64,000 bases of DNA from Pseudogymnoascus verrucosus (lineage: Eukaryota). The stretch lies in assembly GCA_001662655.1 (NCBI GenBank), contig KV460234.1. One strand, 5' to 3'. Positions 51,433 through 63,218 of the stretch are shown piece after piece. How positions within the stretch are numbered: the first letter of the stretch is position 1; every line of letters starts with the position of its first letter. The notes under the pieces were generated by a model that was not told where the DNA came from, did not search any database, and saw only the letters and a list, made by a program, of their open reading frames with translations. A program made the position numbers and the translations under genes.

Positions 51433-52569
51433 TCATCTCAACGGAATCTGCGCATAATGCGACTCCATGTGTCCAAGGGTCTTATACCACATGCGCCCAA
51501 TAACCGGATCAATATCACACGGCGACGCCTTCACCTTCCACAGCTTACTGTGAATAGTCTTATACCCCTTCTTCACATCCTCCGGCTCCGGGCACGACGT
51601 ATCCCACTTCGGATCCATCTTCTGCCACGGCATCGGGCCGTCCTGCTTGAACACGTCGTTGATGAGGTTCTGCTCCATCATGCTGACTGAGAAGCTGTCT
51701 GGGCGATCCACGAACGCCATGAGGTGGTCGTAGAGCATTTTATCCGGGCTGATGAGGAAGAATCCCGCGTTCATGTAGTTCGCACTCATAGGATTCTCGC
51801 GGCTTCCCGACCCTCCATCGACCACGCCGGCGAGGGTATACTTCTTCGGCAGCTTGCCCACATCATTCTCATGCGTCTTCTCCACGCTAACCTCATGATC
51901 CTGCGCCGCCGCGTCCTCAAAAATCCCATTCAGCGACTCAACAAGATACACATCCGCATCGAGGTACAGGATCTTCTCATAATCGGTATACGACCACAGC
52001 AGCAGTTTATCCAGCATCTCCACCCACGTCGGCAGCGGGACCTTGATCCAATCCGCCATGATATGCGGGACGGGGACGATGGTCGCGCCCTCCGCGGCGA
52101 GGATGTCGCGCTTGTTCTGCGCGACGTTGGGGGGGCACATGACGAGGAAGGGGACGTTCTTGTCGGCGTACTTGGTGTGGTTCGAGGTGCGGAGCTGGTA
52201 GTTCAGCACGCGCGTGGAGAGGAAGTATTCATCGCTCGCGATGTCGGTTTGGTCGACGTCCTTGAGGTAGTTGGGCGACAGGAGCGTCGCGAACGCGTAT
52301 TTTGGCCCCGCTGGCACGGGCGGCGCGGCGGGCGCGGCGGAGGCTGCTGGGGCCGGAGGGGTGATGATGCTGGAGGAGGGGACGAGGGCGGGGACGGTGC
52401 CGGTGAGGGTGTTGTAGTAGAGAAGGCCGATGACGAGGAAGGTGAAGGAGGCAGCGACGAGGCGGAGGAAGCGCTTGTTGTGTATCCACTGCGAGATGTA
52501 TTGTTTGGTGCTCTGGGCGGCGCTGGGGAGCTGGAGGTTGGCGGCTTCGGAGAGCCAGGATTTAGACAT
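51433..52569 (-). CDS. Glycosyltransferase family 8 (Gnt1/glycogenin-like), type II membrane protein
   Basis: TM anchor and Pro/Ala stem, YAFATLL, KLLLWSYTDYEKILYLDAD, YMNAGFFL, EQNLIN and HSKLW. Confidence 0.9.
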   Translation of the reverse strand: MSKSWLSEAANLQLPSAAQSTKQYISQWIHNKRFLRLVAASFTFLVIGLLYYNTLTGTVPALVPSSSIITPPAPAASAAPAAPPVPAGPKYAFATLLSPNYLKDVDQTDIASDEYFLSTRVLNYQLRTSNHTKYADKNVPFLVMCPPNVAQNKRDILAAEGATIVPVPHIMADWIKVPLPTWVEMLDKLLLWSYTDYEKILYLDADVYLVESLNGIFEDAAAQDHEVSVEKTHENDVGKLPKKYTLAGVVDGGSGSRENPMSANYMNAGFFLISPDKMLYDHLMAFVDRPDSFSVSMMEQNLINDVFKQDGPMPWQKMDPKWDTSCPEPEDVKKGYKTIHSKLWKVKASPCDIDPVIGRMWYKTLGHMESHYAQIPLR

Positions 52570-54399
52570 CGTGGGCGACGAGTGGGTGAGTGCGAGACTA
52601 CTGTGGTTGAGGAGAGGTAGGTAGGTAGGTCGAGGTGGTGGTCGTGAGGGGGGAGTTGTGGTTGAAGGGGTCCTCCTGGAATCCGGGGGGGCTCGGGTAG
52701 TGATCAGCAAGCTTGAGGTAGGTGGGTGAATGACAGGTAAGTGTAGGGGTTCGATTATCGGTGTCAGGGTGTCATGTAGTAGCGTTTGTTTTGTAGGATA
52801 TGAAGCTGAGTTGAATCCCCTTCTCAGAGCGACGACATGGCGATGGAAAAGGAAAGAAAAGAGCGACGATGGTAAAGGTGTCAGCAATGGAAATGCGAAA
52901 AAGTAGCCAGTGGTCGGTCAGTCGCGAGTGAGCCAGCTTAGAGGGTGTGTGTGTGTGTGTTTCGTGGTGGTAGGGGGTAATTAATAGGCGGGTAGGTCAT
53001 TATTAGGTAGTAGCCAACAAAGCGCATAGGGGGGGAAGTAGAGGGACTTGGTGGGCGGTGGGTGGATGGGTGAGATGCAGGGCAAGAGAGGGAGGAAATG
53101 GGTGTGGATGGAGGGCGTGTGGGTACGGAGGGTACTTATCTGTGCATGGTTGATTTGTGAAGTGTGTTACTCTAATATTGGGTTGTAGTGTAGTGGATAG
53201 CTGGATGGGTATTATTTAGTGGTTAAAGGGTGTAAGTTGGTGCCTGAGGGTGTCCTAGTAAATGTGTTAGTTGGTGCCTGGGACAGGTGTCTTTGTCCTG
53301 TCTTCCTCCTGCCTTCATCCTGTCACCCCTCCCCCTGTCACATTTTTGGCACTAGCGTCCACGAAGGATCAGATGGGATCGATTAGGGTTAGTGTGGCTG
53401 AGTTAAATGGGATTACCTAGGATCGACTAGGATGACCCAGGATGAGTTAGCTCCACTTGGCATCAATGAGATCACTTAGGATCAAAATAGGGTCACTTCG
53501 GGCCAACGTAACCAACGTAACCAACGTACCAAGCATTGGTCCCGATACACCTAATCGACTTTCCAACAACGTCATGCCTCGACATCTCTAAACGGTTTAT
53601 TTACTCTATAATACTCTAATCTATAATATTTATACATATCTATATATACTATACACATACAATGCTGAAGAATGAGGCTATTCCGAACCCTGCCACCCCC
53701 CTTTACCGCCGTAGTGAGACTCGCTTACTGCTTACTGTACCTTCTTATCTCCTTTGCTGACATACTGAACACTTGTATCTCCCCGCTGCTCCGCCCGTAT
53801 CGTATTCCGTGCCTGGTCTAATTATAATTAGGGGTTGGGGGGTCCATCCCATACGAGGAAAAAAAGATGGCTAGCTGAACTGAACTAAAGTGTCGTACAC
53901 AAAAGGGGGGGGATCAACAAAAAGTGTTGGAAAAAGGACGCGTAATCAGATCAGCACAAACTCTATAGCTAACGTTGCCGCCAGCGTGCACTCTTCTCTA
54001 ATAATCTTACCCCCAAATACCCCAAATCCCATCGGAGAGAACTCACTACCTCACTACTACTGTCACTACTACTGCCACTACTGCTGTCACTACCCGCCGT
54101 CCTTCCTCTCCTACTGTACCTTACCGCGCGACAGACCAACCCAGTCCAGCCCTACCAACACGCCCAGCCGGCCCATCCATCTCCCGCAAACCACCACACC
54201 ACCACCGGGCCCCAACCCAACACCACCCACCCAAGCCCTGTTCCCGGGTCCCTTATATCATACCACCCTACTATAACCACAGCGCCAGTGCACTACCACA
54301 CCACCACCACACCACCACCAACACACTAAAACGCCCTACAAAAAAAACACTTGGCATGCCCGCGCGCACCCAAGCTCCCGCTGTGTCCGCGACGACGCC

Positions 54400-55880
54400 A
54401 TGTATCCGGGCCTCGAGCAACGGCGGCGCTGCGTCACCCTCGCGCTGATCCTATTCATCTCCTTCTTCCTGTGCGCGTCGTACTGGTTATGGTCCGGTGG
54501 GGAGCATGTAAGGCTTGTCCCGTCGTTTCAGGATGGAGGTGCAGTTCAGGATGGGAGTGAGGTGAAGGATGCAGCTCCAAAGGATGTGGTGACGAAGCCG
54601 TCGCTGGTGCCGGCGCAGGAGGAATACACGCCGAAGACGGGGACTGGGGAGTTGAGACCGGATGAGATTGTGCTCTCGGAGTATGATGAGACGCCTATAC
54701 GGGAGATGTGCGCCAATACGTCGTGGGCGGATAGTCGGAATGTCGTGGTTAACTGCGCAGCTCGCGTCGGCGGAGTCGGTATGCTCCCCCAGTCACCCCC
54801 AGATATAGCTCCCAGCTAACCAATTCCCCGCAGGCAACGTCCGCCAGGAATTCCTCGTCTGCGTGCGCCAGGCCATCGAAATCGGCGCCTCGCTGATCCG
54901 CCCAGATATCATGCTGCGCTCTGAGGGGCTGATAGAATACCAGAACGGGCCGGTGCACAATATGTCGTACCTCTTCAACCTGGAGCTGTTCGACGCGCGA
55001 CTACGCTCTGCATGCCCGCATATGCCTATCTACAACGACCTAGCAGAGGTTGAGCGAGTCGGAGAGATAGCGAAGGTAGATAGGCCGTGGGACTTACCTA
55101 AGGAGCAGGGTGTACAACTCTCATTCACGGCGTGGGCGGCGTTGAATCGCCAGGCGCGGGATAAAATCACAGTTATCACAATGCCACGGATAACAGGACA
55201 GACGTACGTTCTCCCCCTCCCCCCCCAAAAAAACCTTACCAGAGCACAAACTAACCCCCCCCTCAGACCCGTCTGTGCCGACCCCCCTCCCTTCGTCGCC
55301 AACTTCGGGCGCCTCGTCGAATTCCGCCCCGACACCCAACACCTCGCCTCCTCCATCCTCACCTCCCTCCTAACGCGCTTCTCCCTCCCCCCCCTCCCCC
55401 ACCACGGCGTCTCAAACTCCTCTTTCATCGGCCTCCACTTCCGCACCGAGATCGACGCCGTCAACGTCGGGTATACCAGTTTCGAAGAACAGACAGCGTC
55501 CTACCTAGCTTTCATCGCAGAGGGTCCAATCCGCACAATCTACGCAGCGTCGGGTAACACAACATCCCTCGACCTCTTCGCCATCGAAGCCGCGAAACTG
55601 TCTCCCCCCGCTACCGTCGTAGCGAAAGGGGATTTACTGTCCGGCGCGGATAAAGCGGCCCTAGAGGCGTTGACGTGGGACCAGCAAGCTCTCGTCGACT
55701 ACCTCGTCCTCGAGAAAGCGGCGCGGTTCGCGGGCGTGAGCGACTCCTCGTTTACCTGGGGGATTGCGTATGCGCGCCAGGTCGTGAGCGGGGTGGCGGG
55801 GACGTGCAGTAGCGTGGGGAAGTTGGAGAAGGGGGTGCAGTTCCGGGATGAGCTNNNNNNNNNNNNNNNNNNNNNNNNNN
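54400..55880 (+). CDS. O-fucosyltransferase-like (GT-B) type II membrane protein; 3' end lost in an assembly gap
   Basis: TM anchor, GGVGNVR after splicing, FIGLHFRTEID, IYAASGN and QQALVDYLVL..A.RFAGVSDSSFTWGIA. Confidence 0.72.
55855..55880. other. Assembly gap (26 N) next to a poly-G run
   Basis: N run in the sequence. Confidence 1.
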
Positions 55881-56399
55881 GGGGGGGGGGGGGGATGTGT
55901 GTATTTTTATATGCTTTTTTGATTTGATGACTTTTGGGTTGCGTGTTACAGCGGATTTTGTATATGTTTTTTTTTTGGATTTAGATGGGTAGAATTGGAA
56001 TGGGGGATGGGGGGTACTATATATATATGGTGGCGGAAAAGCTCTACGAGGCACACTGGAAAGTAGATTTGGAGCGGTGGCTTGGTTTGGTCTGGGAGGG
56101 AAGGAGCCAAGAAGGGCTTTTTTTATTATTACCTCGGGTGAGAGGGGTACGGCGGGATGCGGGAAGGAGCGAGTTGGGGGCGTACAATGTAGGGACAGGG
56201 CGGGGGGTTGCAGTTGGGAAATGAGATCTTGAAAGGCATGTGATCAGTCGAAATACTTATGAGAGTTCGAAGACTTGTGACTTATACTGTTATTCTTATG
56301 TGAAGCTATTCGCACAGACTAAGCTAAGCTAACCTAACCTTTGAAGAAGGTAGCTTCGATCGGGGATGGTGGATGGTTACCCCAGATCTCGGATCAACC

Positions 56400-57100
56400 T
56401 TCCTCCCTCCCCGCCCCCGAACTTGCTCCAGTGCAGTGGCCGTCAGACGCTAATTCAGACCCCTAAACCTTATCCCGACCCATTTGCGGGGAACGCGCTG
56501 ATGTGCCAGGGAGGTTCCCTCTTACTTCCCGGTTGAACAGAAGCAGAACATTCGATCAATCTTTGGCAAAAATGCCATTCTTGCAAGCCCAAAAAATCGT
56601 CAGGTAATTACTTTTCTACCGCAGTAATAACGGCCAACGACCTAACCTGCACACACCACCACTACACCTTGCTATACAGAACACAAAGATATATTAATTA
56701 ACCTACTCAACTTACCCCACCCCCCCAATCCCCCATAGGCAAAACAAACACCCTGACAGCCCACGCGCCACGAATAAAGTTTAACCCACACCTTTTTCCA
56801 CCAGTGACAGCTGTTGATCGAAGCTTAACACAAAGAAGAACCGCCTGCCACGCCCGCGCGCGCATCGCCAATCCCCTCGGTTCTCCACGGACTCGATTCG
56901 ATACGACACGGTAGGGAGTGCCGGCCGGGCATCCGGGTGCGGGGGAATGGCAGGACTGGGATTGGGGATTCAGGCACGACGGATGCCCGGGGGGGGGGGG
57001 GTGCGACCTAAGATGCGCATTGTCTGGAAGGGGGTGTGTGGTGATCTATATTGGGGGGAGGGGGCAACAGACGAAATGGGGAAGTGCTGGGGATTAGCCT
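56400..57100 (+). promoter_or_regulatory. GH30 promoter with a candidate XlnR site and CreA-type sites
   Basis: TTAGCC (GGCTAA on the reverse strand) at 57094. SYGGRG matches near 56410, 56487, 56715, 56939 and 57087. Confidence 0.35.
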
Positions 57101-57296
57101 GTTTGTGTTTAATCAAGAAGAGGGAGCGGTTTTTTATGGGCTTTGGTTACCGAGGTGTGTGGAGAGGGAGAGGGTATATGTTGATGGATATCATATATAC
57201 CCTCAACCTTTCTCACCTTCAAGGTTTGCCTCCTCTACATCACGCAGAAGTCCCCAGCAGCTCCCCTTAGCAGCAATCCTGTCAAGACAAGCAACC

Positions 57297-58947
57297 ATGC
57301 GCTTCCTCGGCGCCTCCCTCGCCGTGCTGGCCTACGCCGGCCCAGCTCTGTCTCAGACAGCTATCACCGTCAACACCGCCACCCAACTCCAACAAATGGA
57401 CGGCTTCGGCGTCTCGCAAGCCTTCAAGCGCGCCGCCGAATTCCAAGCCATGTCCTCGGGCCCGCGCAAACAAGGCCTCGACTACCTCTTCAGCACCACC
57501 ACCGGCGCCGGCCTGACCATCATCCGCAACCGCATTGGTTCCGGCGGCGCAGGCGACAGCATCTTACCCACCAGCCCTGGCTCACCGGGGGGTACACCCA
57601 AGTACCAGTTCGATGGGAATGATGAGGGGCAGGTGTGGTTTTCGCAGCAGGCGATGGCGTATGGGGTTAGTACTATCTATGCGGATGCGTGGAGCGCGCC
57701 GGGGTTCATGAAGACGAATGGGAATGAGAATGGGGGAGGGTATTTGTGTGGGAGTTCCGGGCACGCGTGTTCGAGTGGGGATTGGAGACAGGCGTTTGCG
57801 AATATGTTGGTGCAGTATGTGAAGTACTATGCCGGTGTCGGGGTGCCGATTACGCATTTGGGGTTCTTGAATGAGCCGGACTATGTGTGAGTTCTTTCTC
57901 TTCCCCAAGGCCGTGGTTGGTTTGAAGAAAGAGAGGGCCAGGCTAATGTGACACCCAAGCCCAACATACTCCGGCATGCAATCCGACGGCACCAACGCCG
58001 CCTCCTTCATCCCCACCCTCTCCGCGGCCGTCAAAGCCGCCGGTCTCAGCGTCAAACTCACCTGCTGCGACGCCATGGGCTGGGAAAGCCAAAAAACCAT
58101 GACCTCCCAACTCGTCTCCGCAGGAATGGAGCAATACCTCAGCGTGATTACCTCGCACGCTTACACCAGCGACCCCAACAGCGCCATGTCCACCACCCTC
58201 AAGAAATGGCAGACCGAGGCGTGCGATCTCAAATCCGCGTGGTCGGCGACGTGGTACTCGAATGGGGGTGCCGCGGAGGGACTTACCTGGGCGACGAAAA
58301 TACATAATGGGGTTGTTAATGCGGGGTTGTCGGCGTATCTGTATTGGGAGGGCGTGGAGGTTAACCAGTTCCAGGCGTCGTCGTATTTGGTTGCGAGTGA
58401 TGGATCGACTGTTACGCCGTCGGGGAGGCTGTGGGCTTTTGCGATGTGGTCACGCTTTGTGAGGCCGGGCGCGTACCGTGTGGCTACTACGGGGACGGTG
58501 TCGTCGGTGGGGATTGCGGCGTTTAAGAATACGGATGGGGGGGTGGCGGTGGTTATGACGAATACGGGTGGCTCGGCGCAGAGTGTCAAGATCTCGGTCT
58601 CGGGACTGGATGTTACGGCTGCTAAAGCGTATCTTACGGATAACAACCACTCCGTCGCCGAAACGGCATCGACCCTCTCTGGCGGCGCCTTGACGGTGTC
58701 GGTGCCTGCCCATGCGATGGTGTCAGTCGTGTTGACTGGTGGTGGCGGCGCGACGACTCCGCCGGCTAATACGGATGTGCCGACTAGCACGGTTGTTACG
58801 CCGCCGGTGACGACGACGCAGCCGCCGGCGACGGGGACGGTGGAGCATTGGGGACAGTGTGGGGGGAGTGGGTGGACGGGGGGGACGGTTTGTGTGAGTC
58901 CGTTTACGTGCCAGGTGTCGAATCAGTGGTATTCGCAGTGTCTGTGA
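57297..58947 (+). CDS. Secreted GH30 (likely subfamily 7 xylanase) with Thr/Pro linker and C-terminal CBM1, 2 exons
   Basis: Signal peptide, [31 protein letters not shown] acid/base and WQTE nucleophile. CBM1 [33 protein letters not shown]. Confidence 0.93.
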
Positions 58948-59958
58948 GTGATTCAGGGTGAGAGGGTTAGGGAGAGCCTTGGGGGGAGAGGTTGGGGTGG
59001 TTCAGTTTGGAAATAGGGGCAGGGTGGTTTGGCAGCTCGATGAACCGCCAGTCTGGCTGCTCGTTCTTAGACAGTTGGGTCTGGTGGGGATTCAGATTTA
59101 TGGTACATATATTCAAGAACGTACATATTCCGCACTTTTCGATTGGATAGCTTGAATGTCGTCTGATGTTGGGTCGTAGCTGTGGGGACGGGACGGGTCG
59201 TGATTGTGATTGTCATTTATGATCCGTAACACAGAGAATATATAGAGCGACACGGCAACGAGAATGAAGTATGGAAAGCCCAACTATTGCCGGAGATATT
59301 GGTTGCCATCACTATATAGCAAGAGAACTGTCGTGCCACAGCGTGCCACGTTGGCGAGATTATGTTGTGAGACACATGGCGACTGCAGGTAGAATATATG
59401 TAGAATATAAAGTTTACTTCGAATCCAACAATTCCTCAATGAATCTTCAGGAATTCAAATGGCTATATCAAAACTCCTTATTATAATAAATAATAAATAA
59501 GCCCATCGCCTTTCACGTGCGCGTTCTTCGTCTTCATATTATAATTGCCGTCGTTGTTTATGCTCATCCCTGATGTTCCAGCCCCTTTGTCGCCAACGCA
59601 CGCACCGCCTTATCTTATCGCATTGCCTAGCCAACCACGTCGGACTCACAATTTGTAGAATCCACACGCACCCGCAAGGGTCTCTCAACACTCCAAACAT
59701 AACACCAAACTCTAGCTCACTTTATATAATATCAACACAATCTCACAAAATTGCGCCCGTTCCTTCTTCCACCACCACCATCGTTCTCTCGTCACATACC
59801 TATATTCACGCATAGCTTTACATCTATACTCAGCTCTTGCATTGCTATCCACACGACTAGGACTTAAGATCGTCAATCCCCAGCGTCCAGACCACTATAA
59901 CTTCATCCCGCCAAGATAAAAAGACCAGGCACCTCATTCTCAGCGCCCACCGCCCCAA

Positions 59959-62933
59959 ATGTTCACCCGAGGCAGGTCGAAAGACCGCACCTCAAGGAAG
60001 GTGACTCCGCCATCAGCATCTTACATGTCGAACGATCAATTCGGTTTGAAACCCCCCACACCCCTCCTGCCCCTCCCCCGCGCATCCACACCCCGGAACC
60101 ACTCTAACAGGGCCAAAAAGCAAACTACCTCGCCGAGCTTCGAGATAACCGCATCGCTCGCCCTGGAGGTGCCCGCCCTGGTCCTGCTCCATCCAACAAC
60201 CGCATGAGCCTCGACCAAACCAATTTCAAGACATACTCCCCAGCCCCGGCCGCCCCCAGCCCAGTCAACGAAGCCCCAGCCCCTGGACGCGCCGAAAGCA
60301 TAATCTCCCACCGCCGCGCCCGCTCTTCCATGTCTACATCCTCACGCACCGGCCGCGCCCTCGTCCAGCCCCCCGCACCAGCGGGACCACCTCTTAGCGC
60401 CAACGTTGTCGTTCCCAGCGCGACATATATGGTGCGCGGCCAGCGCTGGATGGAGCGCGAGGAGATGACGTCTCTCCGCGATGCGCTCGAAGATATGGAT
60501 ACCAACGAGGAACTCGAGGCCGAAATCAAACTACATGCAGCCGCGCAACAGGAAGCCTCGGACCTAGTATGGAAACACCAGAACCCCCAGCCTACCCCTG
60601 AACCGGACGCACCCTACAGGTACCGCGATCACATGCGCAAGAACAGCTACCAGCATGCGCGCGCGCAGAGCGTCGGACCGTATACTGGCCCTGATGCGGT
60701 TCCGGTCCTTGGATTCCCGACGAGATCTTTCTCGAACAGTTCGAACGTTAGCACGCAACGCGACCGCGTTTCCAGCGGCTCCTCCACAGGTTCGGACGCC
60801 CACCCGGCCCAGCGACCCGGCCAACGTGTTTCCTTTGACGAGCCTCGCGGTCGCGACCCCGTATCACGCAAGGGCGCCAAATCCTACGGCTCACTCGCAC
60901 ATACCATTGGACACGCCCCATCACGCCGCCGGAGCAGCGGGAAACGCAATATCAGCGGCGAATTCCGGTCCTCCTTCACTACGGACCAAATCTGGGAGGA
61001 GCCAGGCGCGAGTGATGACGAGGCAGCCAAGGCGGCTGCGATGAAGGGGTCGGCGGATGCGCCGGCGCCGCTGAGGGTTAAGCCTAGGAATCCGCTGAAT
61101 AGAGTGCAGTTCGAGGCTGATCCCGCGGCGCCGCGCGCGGCGAGCACGCCACCCCTGGAGCTCAAGCCCAGAGAGCGGTTCGAGATCTACAAGAACCCTC
61201 CCTCGCAGAGCCGAAATGCTGGGTACACCGCCAACCCCGCGCCCGCCACCGCACCGGCAGATACCACCCCAGCGGACGCCCTCCAACCCCCCGCCGCATC
61301 TTCCCCCACCAAAGACGGCCGCGAGATCCGCAGCGACGACATCCGCACCGCGACGACCAAGTCCCTGCGTGACCGCAGCCCGCTGCTCCCCACGCCCAGC
61401 GCCGTCTCCGACGCGCCCGGGCGGCCCATCGTAAGCTTTGACCAGACGTGGACGCCGCCTTCGGCGGCGGCGAAGATCAAGACTGAGGCTGATGTGACGC
61501 CAGCTGCAGACTATCGACGACCAAGGGTCGAATCGAAATTCGAGGCCACGAGACCCGTCCGCAAAATCGGGGGGCCGAGAGAAGCGGCAGGGAGGGCTTA
61601 TGGGGGCGATAAGGAAGTTGTCGGGACCGTTGGGCGGGGTCGTGGGGGGGTTGAGGCATTCGTCGAGGTAAAGGGGGGAAGGGTGGAGGAGGAGAGGGGA
61701 GAAGTGAGGGGAGGAAATAAGGGTGGAGTAAGGGGAGGAGTTAGGGGTGCGAGAGAGCCATTGGTAAGTACGCAGAGTAGTCCTGATGTTATGGTTCGAG
61801 CGGCACCTTCGGCTTCAGTGCCTGCGCCGCCTACGATTTCGGTCGAGGAGGCGCCGACTATCTCGATTAGTTCCGCGCCCTCGATTTCCGTCTCCGAACC
61901 ACCATCTATTTCCGTTTCTAGCTCACCAGCCATCTCCGTCTCGGCGCCGCCAGCAATTGCAGTTTCTGCACCACCACCGCCATCGATTTCCGTTTCTGCA
62001 CCACCAGCAATCTCTATCTCAGAGCCGCCAGCAATTTCCGTCTCCCGCCCGCCAGCCATCTCGGTCAATTCAGCACCAACGATTTCCGTCTCCACACCAC
62101 AAGTTCCCTCTATCGTGGAGCCTTCTACCTCATCTCGCCCTGCTGCCCGCGCCCTTCCCGACCCCAAAGTCCTGGCGCGCAACAAAGACCCCTTCGCGCG
62201 TCCTAATCGCATCTCCACAAGCCACTGGTCTCCCGCCCCCGCTCCCGCCGGTGCCCGCGCAACCGCAACCTGCCATTACTGCCGGCACCCAATTGCCGGG
62301 CGCGTGATAGCGCTAGCTGGCCATGCCGAGCGCTGGCATCCGGGTTGCTTCTCCTGCCACTGCTGCCGCACGCAGCTCGCTGATTTCGAGATCAAGCCCG
62401 AGCCCGAGGCGGAACGTGCCGCTAGGTTGGATCGGATTGCAAGGCGGCAAGGCGGAGAGGTAGTAGAAGGCGACGATGAAGGTGGCGCAAGGGCACAGGA
62501 TGATGGCGATGAGAGGTTAAGGTTCTACTGCCATCTCGACTGGCACGAGCTATTTGCACCAAGGTGCCGCCACTGCAAGACCCCTATCGTTGGATCGCAT
62601 GTCGTAGCGATGGGCGCACACTTCCACACCGAACACTTCTTCTGCGCGGAGTGCGGAGATCCTTTCCCACCTGGCAGTGCGCATGTGGAGTTAGAAGGGT
62701 ATGCATGGTGCACAGAGTGCGTGGCTGTGCGAACGGAGCGGCGCGCGCCGAAATGCGGGTTGTGCAAGAAACCGGTTGTGGGACGCGTGGTGGGTGCGTT
62801 GGGGAGGGAGTTCCATGAGGATTGCTTTCGGTGTGGGGAGTGTGGGGGGGGGTTTGGGGATGGGGAGATCTTTTTGAGGGGGGATGTGGGGGTGGCGTGT
62901 CGGGGGTGTATGGAGAGGGGGTTGAAAGCTTGA
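59959..62933 (+). CDS. LIM-domain (paxillin-like) protein, 2 exons
   Basis: Intron ~60043-60120 gives SYMSNDQFANYLAELRDNR. Three C-terminal LIM zinc fingers (CxxC..HxxCFxCxxC); internal PxISVS repeats. Confidence 0.9.
61835..62105 (+). repeat. Coding minisatellite of ~8-aa PxISVS units within the LIM protein
   Basis: About 10 units of PTISV/PSISV/PAISV. Confidence 0.85.
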
Positions 62934-63218
62934 GAGGCGGAGGGTAATCACTCTTTATATGTCTCGTTTGTGGTAATACGTCGGTCTTTATGATATTTTC
63001 TTTGGTTCGCATGGGTGGGAGCGTGGCGCGTTTTGCGTCTGGACACAGTCATTTTATTTGGATGGGGGAAAAGCATAGGGGTTGGAGCGATGATTGTGGG
63101 GGTGGCGAGCGAGACTGTTGTTATGGTCTCGGATAGAGCTTAATTGAGGAGATGATGAAATAAGATGATGTTGATGATTTAGATGCTCAATATTACGTGT
63201 GTGATGTTAACTCCCCAG

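Noticed and set aside
51724..52620. 298-aa plus-strand ORF, and similar long antisense ORFs at 36001-36648, 42611-43330, 58161-58790 and 61598-62218
   Set aside because: Shadow ORFs opposite GC-rich real genes, with no protein-like motifs of their own.
53383..53392. TTAGGGTTAG telomere-like sequence
   Set aside because: Fewer than two full units, which is expected by chance.
55851..55927. Odd C-terminus GGGGMCVFLYAFLI of the O-FucT-like ORF
   Set aside because: Artefact of translating across the 26-N assembly gap.
61835..62105. PxISVS repeats as a RiPP precursor for the neighbouring DUF3328
   Set aside because: The repeats are internal to a cytoplasmic LIM protein with no signal peptide and no KR/KK cleavage sites between units.
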